49,157 nucleotides of DNA from a virus: the IMG/VR virus record IMGVR_UViG_3300024981_000005; one strand, written 5' to 3'. This document shows, piece by piece, positions 33,767-42,260 of this stretch (positions are counted from its first letter, which is position 1; each line of letters starts with the position of its first letter). The notes beneath the pieces are model-generated. The model saw only the letters and a list, made by a program, of their open reading frames with translations. It was not told the DNA's origin and ran no database searches. The translations under genes and the position numbers were made by a program.

Positions 33767-34246
33767 TTAGGCGCCTTTCTGGACCTCGGCGGTCCCGTTC
33801 ACGGTCAGAAGAACATCGTTGTAGAAGTCCGGCACGCGGTCGTCCGAAATCTCATCGAACTTCTTGACGCCGTACTTGGCCTGGAGATTGGCGAGCTGGG
33901 GCATGACGCGCTGGTCCTTGTTGAACAGGTCCAGCAGCATCTTCACGCCCGCGCTGCGCCGCTCGGGGATGGTGAGTTCTTTGACGACATTGCCCGGCGG
34001 GGGCTGCTCCTCGGTCGTGGCGGTGGACAGCGGAGCGATGGGCGCCGTCGCAGGCGCGGTGTCCGGAGGCGTGAGCGCGACGACTTCCGGCGGCCCCATC
34101 TCAGCAGTGATGCCGTCCGTGGTCACTTCGGCCTTGCGCATGTGACGAGCGAAGTTCTCCACGCCGCCAAAGGCGGCGGCAAGAGCTTCGAGCGAGCGCT
34201 TCAAGTCTTCGGGGTTGTCGGCATTGATCTGGAGGGAAAACGACAA
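33767..34246 (-). CDS. Hypothetical protein (159 aa)
   Basis: TTG start 7 nt after GAGG, tightly packed between neighbouring genes. Confidence 0.55.
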   Translation of the reverse strand: MSFSLQINADNPEDLKRSLEALAAAFGGVENFARHMRKAEVTTDGITAEMGPPEVVALTPPDTAPATAPIAPLSTATTEEQPPPGNVVKELTIPERRSAGVKMLLDLFNKDQRVMPQLANLQAKYGVKKFDEISDDRVPDFYNDVLLTVNGTAEVQKGA

Positions 34247-34255
34247 TTGGAACCT

Positions 34256-35650
34256 CTATGCAGCAGTGGTGGTCAGAGCGCCGATAAGGTCGTCAAAGTC
34301 CGCCGCCCGGCGACGCGCCCGCGCAGCATACCTTTCGTCGGCGGTGCCCGCCGCGAAGCCATAGAACGCCGTCACGCTCTCGGTTTGGCCGAGGCGGTCG
34401 AAGCGCCCAACGATCTGGTGGTTGTCTGCCGCGACGCCCTCGGGCTCCAGCAACAGCACGTAGTGCGCCGCCGTGAGCGTGATGGACGTGCCAGCCGCCG
34501 TGTTCTGGCCGATGAAGACCCGGCATGTCGGGTCGTTCTGGAAGCTGTCAACGCGGGTCGCGCGCTGCGCGGACGAAACACTGCCGTGGATCACTGCCGG
34601 GTTGTACGGTGCTAGCGCGGCTTCAAGCTGGTCCAGCACTTCACGGTGCCGCGCGAAGACCCCCAGCTTGGCGTCGGGGTTGGCGTCGAGGAAGTCCTTG
34701 ATCCATTCGGTGGCGGCAGGAGTCTTTGCGAGGCCCAGCAGTCGGCGCTCCTCGGCGGCGCTCGGGCTCAGCTCGGGAAGGTCTTCGTCATCGCTGATGG
34801 CCGCCATGAGGGCGTCCAGCTCGCTCGATGTCCGTTGCGCACCGGGGATTGGGCTCAGCGTGAGCGGCAACGTCAGATGCTGGACCGGGCCGATCTCCTG
34901 TTGCACGTCCTTCTTGGCCCGGCGCAGAACGTATGGCCGCAGCGCCTCGCGCAGCTCGTGGATAGTGATTGGGTTGTTGCCCACGATTTCGAGGCCGTAC
35001 GGCGTGTCCTGCGTGACGCAGAAGCGCGCGATGAAGGCGTCGTAAGCCGGGATGACGCCGCCAAACAATTTGGTGAGCACGTCGGGAAACAGGGCGCGTA
35101 GATGGGGGTAAAGCTCGCCCGCGTTCTTGCGCTGGATCGTTGCGGACATGAGCCACGTGCTGGGCGCGCGGTCGCCGGACACGTCGAGGAGGACGCCACC
35201 GGCGAGGTTCAGCTTGGCGCCGTAGATGGCCCGGGTGCGATTGCTGTCCGCGTTGCCAAGATGGTGCGCTTCGTCAATGACGACGGCATCGAAGGTGCCG
35301 AACATCTGGGCGTGCCGGAGGAGCCTCCGGAGTTGCTTGCGCGCCTCGGCCCGTGACAGGGCATCGAAGGCAGCGACGACGGCAACGGGTGTCGGCGGGA
35401 TCAGCTTGGTGTTGCCAGTGAATTGGACGACTTCGCGCGGGATCGTCTGCCACTTCGGAATTTCAATGGCCCACGAGACGCGCCCGATCGCCTGGCAGAT
35501 GACGAGGATGCGCTGCGCCCCGATCTTGTCGGCGGCACGGACGGCCTGGGCGGACTTGCCCAACCCCGTGTCGTCGGCAAGGATCGCGCGGGAGCTTCCG
35601 GACAGGAAGTCCACGCCAGCGATCTGAGAGGGGCGCAGCGCGAGGTTCAT
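34256..35650 (-). CDS. SNF2/DEAD-like superfamily 2 helicase
   Basis: Motif I LADDTGLGKS, motif II VVIDEAHHLGN, and C-terminal motifs TAAGTSITLT and GRFDRLGQ. Confidence 0.85.
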   Translation of the reverse strand: MNLALRPSQIAGVDFLSGSSRAILADDTGLGKSAQAVRAADKIGAQRILVICQAIGRVSWAIEIPKWQTIPREVVQFTGNTKLIPPTPVAVVAAFDALSRAEARKQLRRLLRHAQMFGTFDAVVIDEAHHLGNADSNRTRAIYGAKLNLAGGVLLDVSGDRAPSTWLMSATIQRKNAGELYPHLRALFPDVLTKLFGGVIPAYDAFIARFCVTQDTPYGLEIVGNNPITIHELREALRPYVLRRAKKDVQQEIGPVQHLTLPLTLSPIPGAQRTSSELDALMAAISDDEDLPELSPSAAEERRLLGLAKTPAATEWIKDFLDANPDAKLGVFARHREVLDQLEAALAPYNPAVIHGSVSSAQRATRVDSFQNDPTCRVFIGQNTAAGTSITLTAAHYVLLLEPEGVAADNHQIVGRFDRLGQTESVTAFYGFAAGTADERYAARARRRAADFDDLIGALTTTAA

Positions 35651-35662
35651 GGTCGGTGGTGC

Positions 35663-36289
35663 TTAGTGGCGGGTGGCCGTCTTCTCGCCGTCACGGGCGG
35701 CAACATACTTGGCCGCCAGCGCCATAAACGGGCCGTGCAGCATCCGGGGCAGGAGCGTGCCGAACTGCAACACGGACGAATTGGGCTCCACCTTGAGCGC
35801 CTTCGTCACGTAGGCGGACACAGCAGCCGCCTCGATGATGAAGCACACGCAATCGAGCAGCGCCGTCTCCATGATTTCGACGTGGCGGCCCGCGTAGTCC
35901 TCGGGCTTGGCTTCGAACGCGGCCTGCATCCCAAGGCGGTTCTGCGTGGACAGCACGCTCAGAGCCATCGTGAATCCAGTAGTCACGCCCGCGCGGAACT
36001 TGGGCTCGTTCTCGAAGTCCTTGCGCGGCCCCGACTTGATCCAGTCCCAGGAGCTGCCGGTGGCGCCACCGGGGAGCGGCAGTCCCGTGGCTTCCTTGTC
36101 CCGCGCCACCACAGCCTCGGCCAGCGACGGCCCGTAGCGGTCTTCGGCCTCGTGAAACAGCGCATGGATGGCTTCGAGGTCCATCTGCGAGATGTCGCGG
36201 GCCTCGGTGGAAACGCCAGTTTCCGGGGAAGCTGCCTTGCCGATGTGGCCGGGGGCAGTGGTCTGCTTGGCAGTCTTGGGGTCGGTCAT
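35663..36289 (-). CDS. Hypothetical protein (208 aa)
   Basis: AGGA lies 9 nt before ATG 36289. This is the first gene after a 200-nt non-coding gap. Confidence 0.6.
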   Translation of the reverse strand: MTDPKTAKQTTAPGHIGKAASPETGVSTEARDISQMDLEAIHALFHEAEDRYGPSLAEAVVARDKEATGLPLPGGATGSSWDWIKSGPRKDFENEPKFRAGVTTGFTMALSVLSTQNRLGMQAAFEAKPEDYAGRHVEIMETALLDCVCFIIEAAAVSAYVTKALKVEPNSSVLQFGTLLPRMLHGPFMALAAKYVAARDGEKTATRH

Positions 36290-36489
36290 AATCTCTGTCC
36301 TGTTGCGAGTTGCTCGTGTTGCATGAGGTGCTTACGCTGACAACGAAGGCAAATCACCACGCCTTTGGGTGATCCGTCAACAGGGGCCAGCGATTTTTTC
36401 GAGGGGGCCGTTACAGCGGCGTGACAACGCCGGGGACGGACGGTCAAAATAGGACCGTATTCCTATTTGTTCCGACTTTGTTCCTGTTG

Positions 36490-37008
36490 TCAAGCAACCT
36501 GGAGCGACAGCGCCCCGGCATAGGCAATCAGCGCGGCATCGGCCCGGTTGTGGTCCATCTTGCGGGCGAAGGCGCCTGCGAGGTTGGGGAAAAGCTGCCC
36601 AGCGCGAAGGCGCCCTGCGTCAGGGTCCCTGGGCACCCGGACGAGGCTCTGCCACTGTCTGGGCGCGATCCGGTGGACCACCAGGCCGGCGCCCGCCGCG
36701 ACGCCCTCGATCAGGCCGAACGCCTGCCCGAACCGGAACATCGAGGTCACGCCCTGGCCGGGCATCGCGTGGACATCTTCGATGAACACGTCCGCCGCAA
36801 GCCCGAAGGGATTCTCGCTCATGCGGCGGAGTAGCGCCGCCAATTCGCTGGGGATAAGATGTGACTTGGCCGACCCGTTGACCTTCACCTTGGCAGTCGG
36901 GATATCTTGCACGTCGATGAGTCGCACGGTGCCCCCGTGCATGTGAGCTAGAGCGACCGCCCCGGTGACGCCGGGGTCAATTCCGAGGATCAGACGACTA
37001 TGAGGCAT
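36490..37008 (-). CDS. ruvC: RuvC-like Holliday junction resolvase
   Basis: ILGIDPGVTGAVAL, FIEDVHAMPGQG and HNRADAALIAYAG provide the acidic catalytic residues of the RuvC fold. Confidence 0.8.
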   Translation of the reverse strand: MPHSRLILGIDPGVTGAVALAHMHGGTVRLIDVQDIPTAKVKVNGSAKSHLIPSELAALLRRMSENPFGLAADVFIEDVHAMPGQGVTSMFRFGQAFGLIEGVAAGAGLVVHRIAPRQWQSLVRVPRDPDAGRLRAGQLFPNLAGAFARKMDHNRADAALIAYAGALSLQVA

Positions 37009-37291
37009 CGGCCACCACCGAGGCGGGCTTCTCGACCCGTAGTGCTTCTTGCAAGGTCATCCTGTCCATGCGCAGGGCGCAGTAGAGCAGGCGCGGGCGC
37101 CACTCGGCGGCGATCTTCTTGCGGCTGGTCCACTGATAGATGGCCCAATCGCTCGGCTCCCCGGGCTTAGCCTGCCGGTGGAGCGTCAGGGCCTTGCGAA
37201 TAGGAGCAGGCGTCCAGCCGAGGGCCTTGAGGATTGCTTCATCGTCCCATGCGACGGGGCGCGTCTCGTTGGTGGGGTTCTCGGTGTTCAA
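36998..37291 (-). CDS. Cro/YdaS-like early regulator (tentative); first gene of the leftward operon
   Basis: The gene faces the repressor gene across the switch region. IYQWTSRKKIAAEW resembles the YdaS/Cro vsqW.krg.iP motif. The start is a TTG and is uncertain. Confidence 0.5.
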   Translation of the reverse strand: MNTENPTNETRPVAWDDEAILKALGWTPAPIRKALTLHRQAKPGEPSDWAIYQWTSRKKIAAEWRPRLLYCALRMDRMTLQEALRVEKPASVVADAS

Positions 37292-37496
37292 TTCGTTGCC
37301 TGCGTTGCTTTTCGTTGTGCGCCACCTTTGACAATACCGTCATGGTTTCGTGCTTCGCTACAGGAAACCACGGGGATAGCTGGACAATTCCGAGCCACAG
37401 ACTTGTTGCTTTCGGTGTTTGACAAAACCGACAGCGGGCACTAGGCGTTAGCCCGTTGCGGTCGAGAAAATGGCAACCATGAAGGAGAAACTTGCC
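37292..37496. promoter_or_regulatory. Divergent switch region between the Cro-like and CI-like genes with repeated boxes
   Basis: TTGACAATACCGTCA lies at 37328-37342, TGGACAA at 37381-37387 and TTGACAAAACCGACA at 37419-37433. The two long boxes are each preceded by GTTGCTTT(T)CG (37304, 37405). Confidence 0.65.
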
Positions 37497-38009
37497 ATGA
37501 CACGTTCGCCCAAGAAGCCCGCCGTGAAGGCGGCTGCGTCGAAGAGGCCCGCAAAAGCCGCCATCCAGAAGGTGGCGGCAACCCCTGTCCCGGAGACACT
37601 TGAAGGCGCGCCCGCACAGCTCGGCAGGTTCAAGACGAACATTCGCCGCCTGCGCCTCGCCCGGAACTGGTCGCAGAGCGACCTCGCCCGGCACATCTGG
37701 GGCGAAGATACCGACAGCCGGGGCTTCGCGTTCGCCAAGAACAAGCACCTGATCTCCCGGTGGGAGAGCGGTACGGTCCCGGAAATGGACAATCTAAAGC
37801 TCGTGGCCGAGGCGCTGGAAGTGAGCATCGAAGTGCTGGCCCCGGACCTCGTGACGAACGAGCACGCGGACGAGCTGGCCGTCGCCATGACGATGGTGCC
37901 CGGGCGCCCGGACACGGTGCGGCTCACGGTGAACACTTTCACGACGCTGACGGTGGCCTCCAAGATCATCACGCTGCTGTCCACCGACCCCAACACCAAT
38001 GGCCCGTGA
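37497..38009 (+). CDS. CI-like XRE-family HTH repressor
   Basis: AAGGAG lies 8 nt before ATG 37497. The HTH segment is IRRLRLARNWSQSDLARHIW...ISRWESGTVPEMDNLKLVAEAL. Confidence 0.8.
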   Translation: MTRSPKKPAVKAAASKRPAKAAIQKVAATPVPETLEGAPAQLGRFKTNIRRLRLARNWSQSDLARHIWGEDTDSRGFAFAKNKHLISRWESGTVPEMDNLKLVAEALEVSIEVLAPDLVTNEHADELAVAMTMVPGRPDTVRLTVNTFTTLTVASKIITLLSTDPNTNGP

Positions 38010-38026
38010 ATGGCCCGTGATCTGAC

Positions 38027-38395
38027 ATGAACGTCCCGGTCGAACTCGCGCTGGCCACCAAGTCCGAGGCCGCCATTCTGCTGCGCTGCTCCGTCTCCAA
38101 GATTGAGCGGCTGATGGCGAAGGGCGTCTTGCCTCACCAGCCCGGGCGACCCGTGACGATCCGGCTTGTGGACCTCATCAAGTACAACGACAGCAGGACA
38201 AAATGGTCGAGCAAACCACCTACGTCCCCGACATCGAAGACACCGAACTTCGCCCCTCCAAGCGCACCGGCTACTACGAAATCGTCTGGACAATCCCCGC
38301 CGGCAAGACCGGGACAGGACGGGCGCGAACGCGCACGTATTCATGCCGCACTAAGGACGAAGGCATCGCGAAGGAAATCCGCCGCGAATATCTGA
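38027..38395 (+). CDS. Excisionase/AlpA-like HTH DNA-binding protein; the last 193 nt of the ORF overlap the integrase gene out of frame, so the true C-terminus is uncertain
   Basis: LATKSEAAILLRCSVSKIERLMAKGVLPHQPGRPVTIRLVDLIKY matches the excisionase-type HTH pattern. Confidence 0.6.
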   Translation: MNVPVELALATKSEAAILLRCSVSKIERLMAKGVLPHQPGRPVTIRLVDLIKYNDSRTKWSSKPPTSPTSKTPNFAPPSAPATTKSSGQSPPARPGQDGRERARIHAALRTKASRRKSAANI

Positions 38396-39351
38396 GCGCG
38401 CTGCGCGGGGCGACGAAGGCCGTCGGCCTGCCCACGGTGGGCGAGCTGATCGACGCCTACAAGACGGGCTGGATCGACGCGAAGGGCAAGGGCAAGTCGC
38501 AGTGGGAGAGCTTGAAGCCCGTCAAGCGGCTCCTTGGTGCGCTGAGCCCGGATGACCTTGATGACGGCACAGAGCTTGAAGGCGAAAACGGGTACATCGC
38601 GACCCGGACAGCCGAAGGCGTGTCCAGCGGCACGATCCGGCGCGAGCTGGGCTCTCTCGTCGCGGTGTTTGGCTGGGGCAAGCGCGCCCGGAAGCTCCCC
38701 AAGGACTACTTTCCGCCCATCGTGAACCTCACGCCGAACGGCGCGCCGCGCGAGAACTTCCTTGATGAGGCCGACGAGCAGAAGCTGCACGATACCGCGC
38801 AGGTGATCTTGACGAGCGTGGTCAAGGGCGGACGCCATCCGGCGTGGCGCGGCGCGCTGTTCACGCTGATCGCGCTGAACCAGGCCGCGCGCTCCGAGGC
38901 CATCGAAGAACTGGACTGGACACGCATCGACACCAAGCGCTTGGGCGACCCCAAGCTGCGCCGCGTGCTGATCGACTTCCGCGATCCAGCCCGGCCCGAG
39001 ACGAAGAAACGCCGGGGCATCATGCCGGTGTCCGACCGGCTGCTGCCGATCCTGCGTGAGGAGTGGCTTCGACAGGGGCGACCCGAATATGGGCCGGTGC
39101 TCGGCACGTATGGCTCGACCCGCAAGTCGTTCGCTCGCGTGAAGCTGGAAGCCTTCGGCGCGGGCTCGGTGGTGGGCGACAGCCTCTGGCGGCACGACAC
39201 GCGCCGAACCTGGGCGACGCTGGCCACCATGAAGGGTGTCAAGCTGGAGAAGGTCGCGCAGGTGCTGGCCGACACGCTGGAGACGACCGAAAAGCACTAC
39301 GCGCACTATGCTCCGGATTTCCTCGAAGACCCGGTGAACAAGCGCGCTTGA
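38203..39351 (+). CDS. int: Tyrosine integrase
   Basis: The catalytic-region motifs ARSEAIEELDW, WRHDTRRTWAT (HxxR) and TEKHYAHY (the Tyr) are present. Confidence 0.9.
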   Translation: MVEQTTYVPDIEDTELRPSKRTGYYEIVWTIPAGKTGTGRARTRTYSCRTKDEGIAKEIRREYLSALRGATKAVGLPTVGELIDAYKTGWIDAKGKGKSQWESLKPVKRLLGALSPDDLDDGTELEGENGYIATRTAEGVSSGTIRRELGSLVAVFGWGKRARKLPKDYFPPIVNLTPNGAPRENFLDEADEQKLHDTAQVILTSVVKGGRHPAWRGALFTLIALNQAARSEAIEELDWTRIDTKRLGDPKLRRVLIDFRDPARPETKKRRGIMPVSDRLLPILREEWLRQGRPEYGPVLGTYGSTRKSFARVKLEAFGAGSVVGDSLWRHDTRRTWATLATMKGVKLEKVAQVLADTLETTEKHYAHYAPDFLEDPVNKRA

Positions 39352-39442
39352 CGAAACAGTGGACGGGCTGGTGTCTTGCCCGTTCGCCCACGTCGTTGCG
39401 CACGTAGGGCGGTCGAGCACCAAATATCGTGAGGCCGTTCAC

Positions 39443-41998
39443 ATGGGCGAAAGCCCCACACTCAACGAAATCGTGGCCGCAATCTTCGGCCCGGACTTCG
39501 ACCCCAAGACGATCCACTTCGCCAGTTTCCCTGGCGATCCCCACAACAAAGACGACGCACGTTGGCACGGACACCGGCTGACGACAGGCGACGAGACGTT
39601 GCCGAAGGGGAATAACAACTTCCTCTGCATGGGCGCGCTTGACCCTACCAAGACGGGGCGCTCGCTCGCAGACGTGACGCACCATGTCGCGTTCTGGATG
39701 GATGACGTGGGCACGAAGGTCCCACTTGAGCGCGTGAAGCAGCTCACCCAGCGCCCCGGCATGGCGCCGGTACTCATCATCGAGACAAGCCCCGGGAACT
39801 ACTCCTACATCTGGCGGCTGGACAAGGCGGTCGAGGAGCTGCCCGACGACTTCGACGCGCAAACTGTCACGGCTATCCGCCACACGCTCAAGGCCGATGG
39901 TTGGGGCGATCCGGCTGCGCAGGACCACGTGCGCTATATGCGGCTCCCCGGCATCAACGGGAAGACGGCATATCGACAGGCAGACGGCGCCCCGTTCCAG
40001 TCACGGGTTGTCGAGTGGTCCCCGTCGAACGTGGTCCGTCTCGAAGACTTCGCGGCGGCGATCATGGGTGCCACCTGGTTCGAAGATGTCCGGTCGGGGC
40101 GTTTCGCCCCGGCGCAGGTGCTCGCCGGTGCGTCGAACGACCGCGCGGCCACGATGGACGACCCTCTGGTGCGCCTGGCGCTGGCGGTGGGCTTGAGCCC
40201 CCAGCCAAGCACCCGCGCGGGCGTGATCGACTGCATCTGTCCGAACGGCGCGAACCATACCGGGGGTGACCAGACCGGATACGCCATCATCAACGACGGC
40301 ATGAGCTACTGCAATCACGCCTCGTGTCAGCATCTCAGGTCGCCCGACTTCCAAGACATGATGATCGAGGCTTACGACGCGCAGGTCCAGGCTGGGATCA
40401 TGTTCGGCACGATTGTGGAGAACCCTCTCGGTGTGGGCCTGCTCGACGCCAAGACCGGAGAAGTCGTGCCCGCGACGGGGACGGGGTTTTTGGCCAGTGT
40501 CCGGTTCGAGAACGCTGCCGTGGACACGGGAATGGGGTCTGCGGGGCAGAGTTTGGTGGAGGCCGCCGAGGAAGTCGCGCTGCGCATGAGCGACGCCGAG
40601 GACGCCCGGTACCAGTACGTCGCTGATCGGTTCGTGGCCGTCGATCAGACGGGATCGTTCTGGGACTTGAAATACGGCCAGTTGATCGGCCCCGATCTTT
40701 TCGACCGGGACGGTGGCGTGTTGCAGCACTTCAAACTAGCGACAGGCAAGAACCGGGCGAGCACGCTGGCGCTCAATCACCACAGCATGCGACATGTCCA
40801 GACGCTCGCTTGCAGGCCCGGAGAACCGGTAATCACAACCACCCGAGGTCCGAAGGGCGACCCGATCCCGGCGGTCAACACTTACGCGCCCGCGAACATT
40901 CGGCGCGTGACGGGTGTTCCTCAGAAGTACCTCGATCATCTGGGGCACATGTTTGCCGGGCAGCAGCAGACCGTTGACTATTGGCTCGACTATCAGGCGT
41001 GGCGGCTACAAAACCCCGGGGCGCACACGTCGATCATTGCTCTATTCGGAGGAAACCCCGGCACGGGCAAGGACTTCCTCTTGGAACAGTTCTTCAAGAT
41101 GGTCGGGCAGCACAACGTCGGACGCGCCACCGTCAAGGAACTGATGAGCGAGTTCAACGAGGCAGTGTTGCTGCCGACCGTCTATCTCGATGAGTTCTCG
41201 CTGGCGGGCAAGGACGCCCAATTCGGCTACAACAAACTCAAGAGCCTCGCGTCGCCTACGGGCGTGTCCATCACGATCAATCCCAAGTACGGCAAGAAAT
41301 TCAAGACACAGGTGTCCACGTCCGTGCTCGCTTCGACCAACGACACCGACTCGCTGGAGGGTGTGGGAACGGACGACCGGCGCTTCTTTATCGCGTGGAC
41401 CTTCGCGAACAAGCTGGTCGGGCAACACCCTGTGACGACACCCATGTCCGAGGCTTACTTCCAAGACCTGTGGGACCACTACGAGCAACCCGACAGCATC
41501 GGCATCCTCTACGATTTTCTGATGAAGCGGAACGTCCAGCACTTCAACCCAATGGGCGCGCCGCCGCGCTCCGCCGCCCGTCACAGCACCCTCGTGGCGT
41601 CCCTCAGTACCGCGTCGCAGTTCGTCTATGATCTGGTGACGGCAGGGCCGCTCGCGAACCGGAAGGTAATCTCCAGTGAGGAGGTTCGTGCGCTGGCGCT
41701 TGCGTCAGACGATCCGGGCGTCAAGAACCACACGTCACCGAAAGCTCTCGCGCGCGGCCTCCAAGCGGCTGGTTGTGTGTCCATCAACAGAGCGGGCAGC
41801 GACAACAACCAAGTGCGGGTATCTGGAGGGCAGCGGGTCCGCCTGTGGTCGGGTGCTTGCGTCGTGGCCAACAACGCGCAGGTGGTGGGCGCCGTCTCCG
41901 AACAGGAGCGCGACGTTCTCCTGGGTAGCCCGGACAAGGCGCGGGATTTGTTCGAGGCCGAAGTCGCCGCGTCGGGGGCCGAGTTCGCCCTCACCTAG
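39443..41998 (+). CDS. Primase-helicase: an N-terminal primase/prim-pol-like domain with a Cys/His cluster plus a C-terminal D5/P4-type SF3 helicase
   Basis: CICPNGANHTGGD...YCNHASCQH, Walker A GGNPGTGKD, Walker B-like TVYLDEFS, and DDRRFFIAW. Confidence 0.8.
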   Translation: MGESPTLNEIVAAIFGPDFDPKTIHFASFPGDPHNKDDARWHGHRLTTGDETLPKGNNNFLCMGALDPTKTGRSLADVTHHVAFWMDDVGTKVPLERVKQLTQRPGMAPVLIIETSPGNYSYIWRLDKAVEELPDDFDAQTVTAIRHTLKADGWGDPAAQDHVRYMRLPGINGKTAYRQADGAPFQSRVVEWSPSNVVRLEDFAAAIMGATWFEDVRSGRFAPAQVLAGASNDRAATMDDPLVRLALAVGLSPQPSTRAGVIDCICPNGANHTGGDQTGYAIINDGMSYCNHASCQHLRSPDFQDMMIEAYDAQVQAGIMFGTIVENPLGVGLLDAKTGEVVPATGTGFLASVRFENAAVDTGMGSAGQSLVEAAEEVALRMSDAEDARYQYVADRFVAVDQTGSFWDLKYGQLIGPDLFDRDGGVLQHFKLATGKNRASTLALNHHSMRHVQTLACRPGEPVITTTRGPKGDPIPAVNTYAPANIRRVTGVPQKYLDHLGHMFAGQQQTVDYWLDYQAWRLQNPGAHTSIIALFGGNPGTGKDFLLEQFFKMVGQHNVGRATVKELMSEFNEAVLLPTVYLDEFSLAGKDAQFGYNKLKSLASPTGVSITINPKYGKKFKTQVSTSVLASTNDTDSLEGVGTDDRRFFIAWTFANKLVGQHPVTTPMSEAYFQDLWDHYEQPDSIGILYDFLMKRNVQHFNPMGAPPRSAARHSTLVASLSTASQFVYDLVTAGPLANRKVISSEEVRALALASDDPGVKNHTSPKALARGLQAAGCVSINRAGSDNNQVRVSGGQRVRLWSGACVVANNAQVVGAVSEQERDVLLGSPDKARDLFEAEVAASGAEFALT

Positions 41999-42043
41999 GA
42001 TCGAAGACTTCTCGACCCAGCCTGCTTGTCTCGCTTGTCTTGG

Positions 42044-42086
42044 TAGTGTCTCGGAAAGATTGGCATCTTCCGAGACACTATTTTTT
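42044..42086 (+). terminator. Strong rho-independent terminator after the primase-helicase gene
   Basis: A perfect 13-bp stem TAGTGTCTCGGAA / TTCCGAGACACTA with an 11-nt loop, followed by TTTTTT. Confidence 0.9.
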
Positions 42087-42260
42087 CCTCTGGACATGGG
42101 GGTTTCAGCCGGTTTGTCTCAGATGTCTCGGTACTTCTCTATAAAAGGGGAAATGATAGGTAATAGGGTTTATGGGTGCGTGCGTGCGAGTGTGAGCGTG
42201 CGTTCGCGCGTATAGAAAACGCATTTCTTCTGAGCCATCCGAGACACGAGACAAAATCGG
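42087..42260. promoter_or_regulatory. Non-coding region with TGTCTC(G)/CGAGACA repeats and the most AT-rich stretch I noticed in the window (candidate origin or operator cluster)
   Basis: TTGTCTC at 42114, ATGTCTCG at 42123 and CGAGACACGAGACA at 42240-42253, with further copies at 42026 and 42046 and in the terminator stem. The AT-rich stretch CTCTATAAAAGGGGAAATGATAGGTAATAGGGTTTATG lies at about 42137-42174. Confidence 0.45.

Noticed and set aside
39352-39442. attP next to the integrase; the stretch GGTCGAGCACCA superficially resembles pieces of the tRNA 3' end.
   Set aside because: Only 7 + 5 nt match, with the whole T-arm missing, and the gap is just 91 nt. The 50-nt canonical fragment at 24116-24165 is a far better candidate. 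This remains testable by finding prophage junctions.
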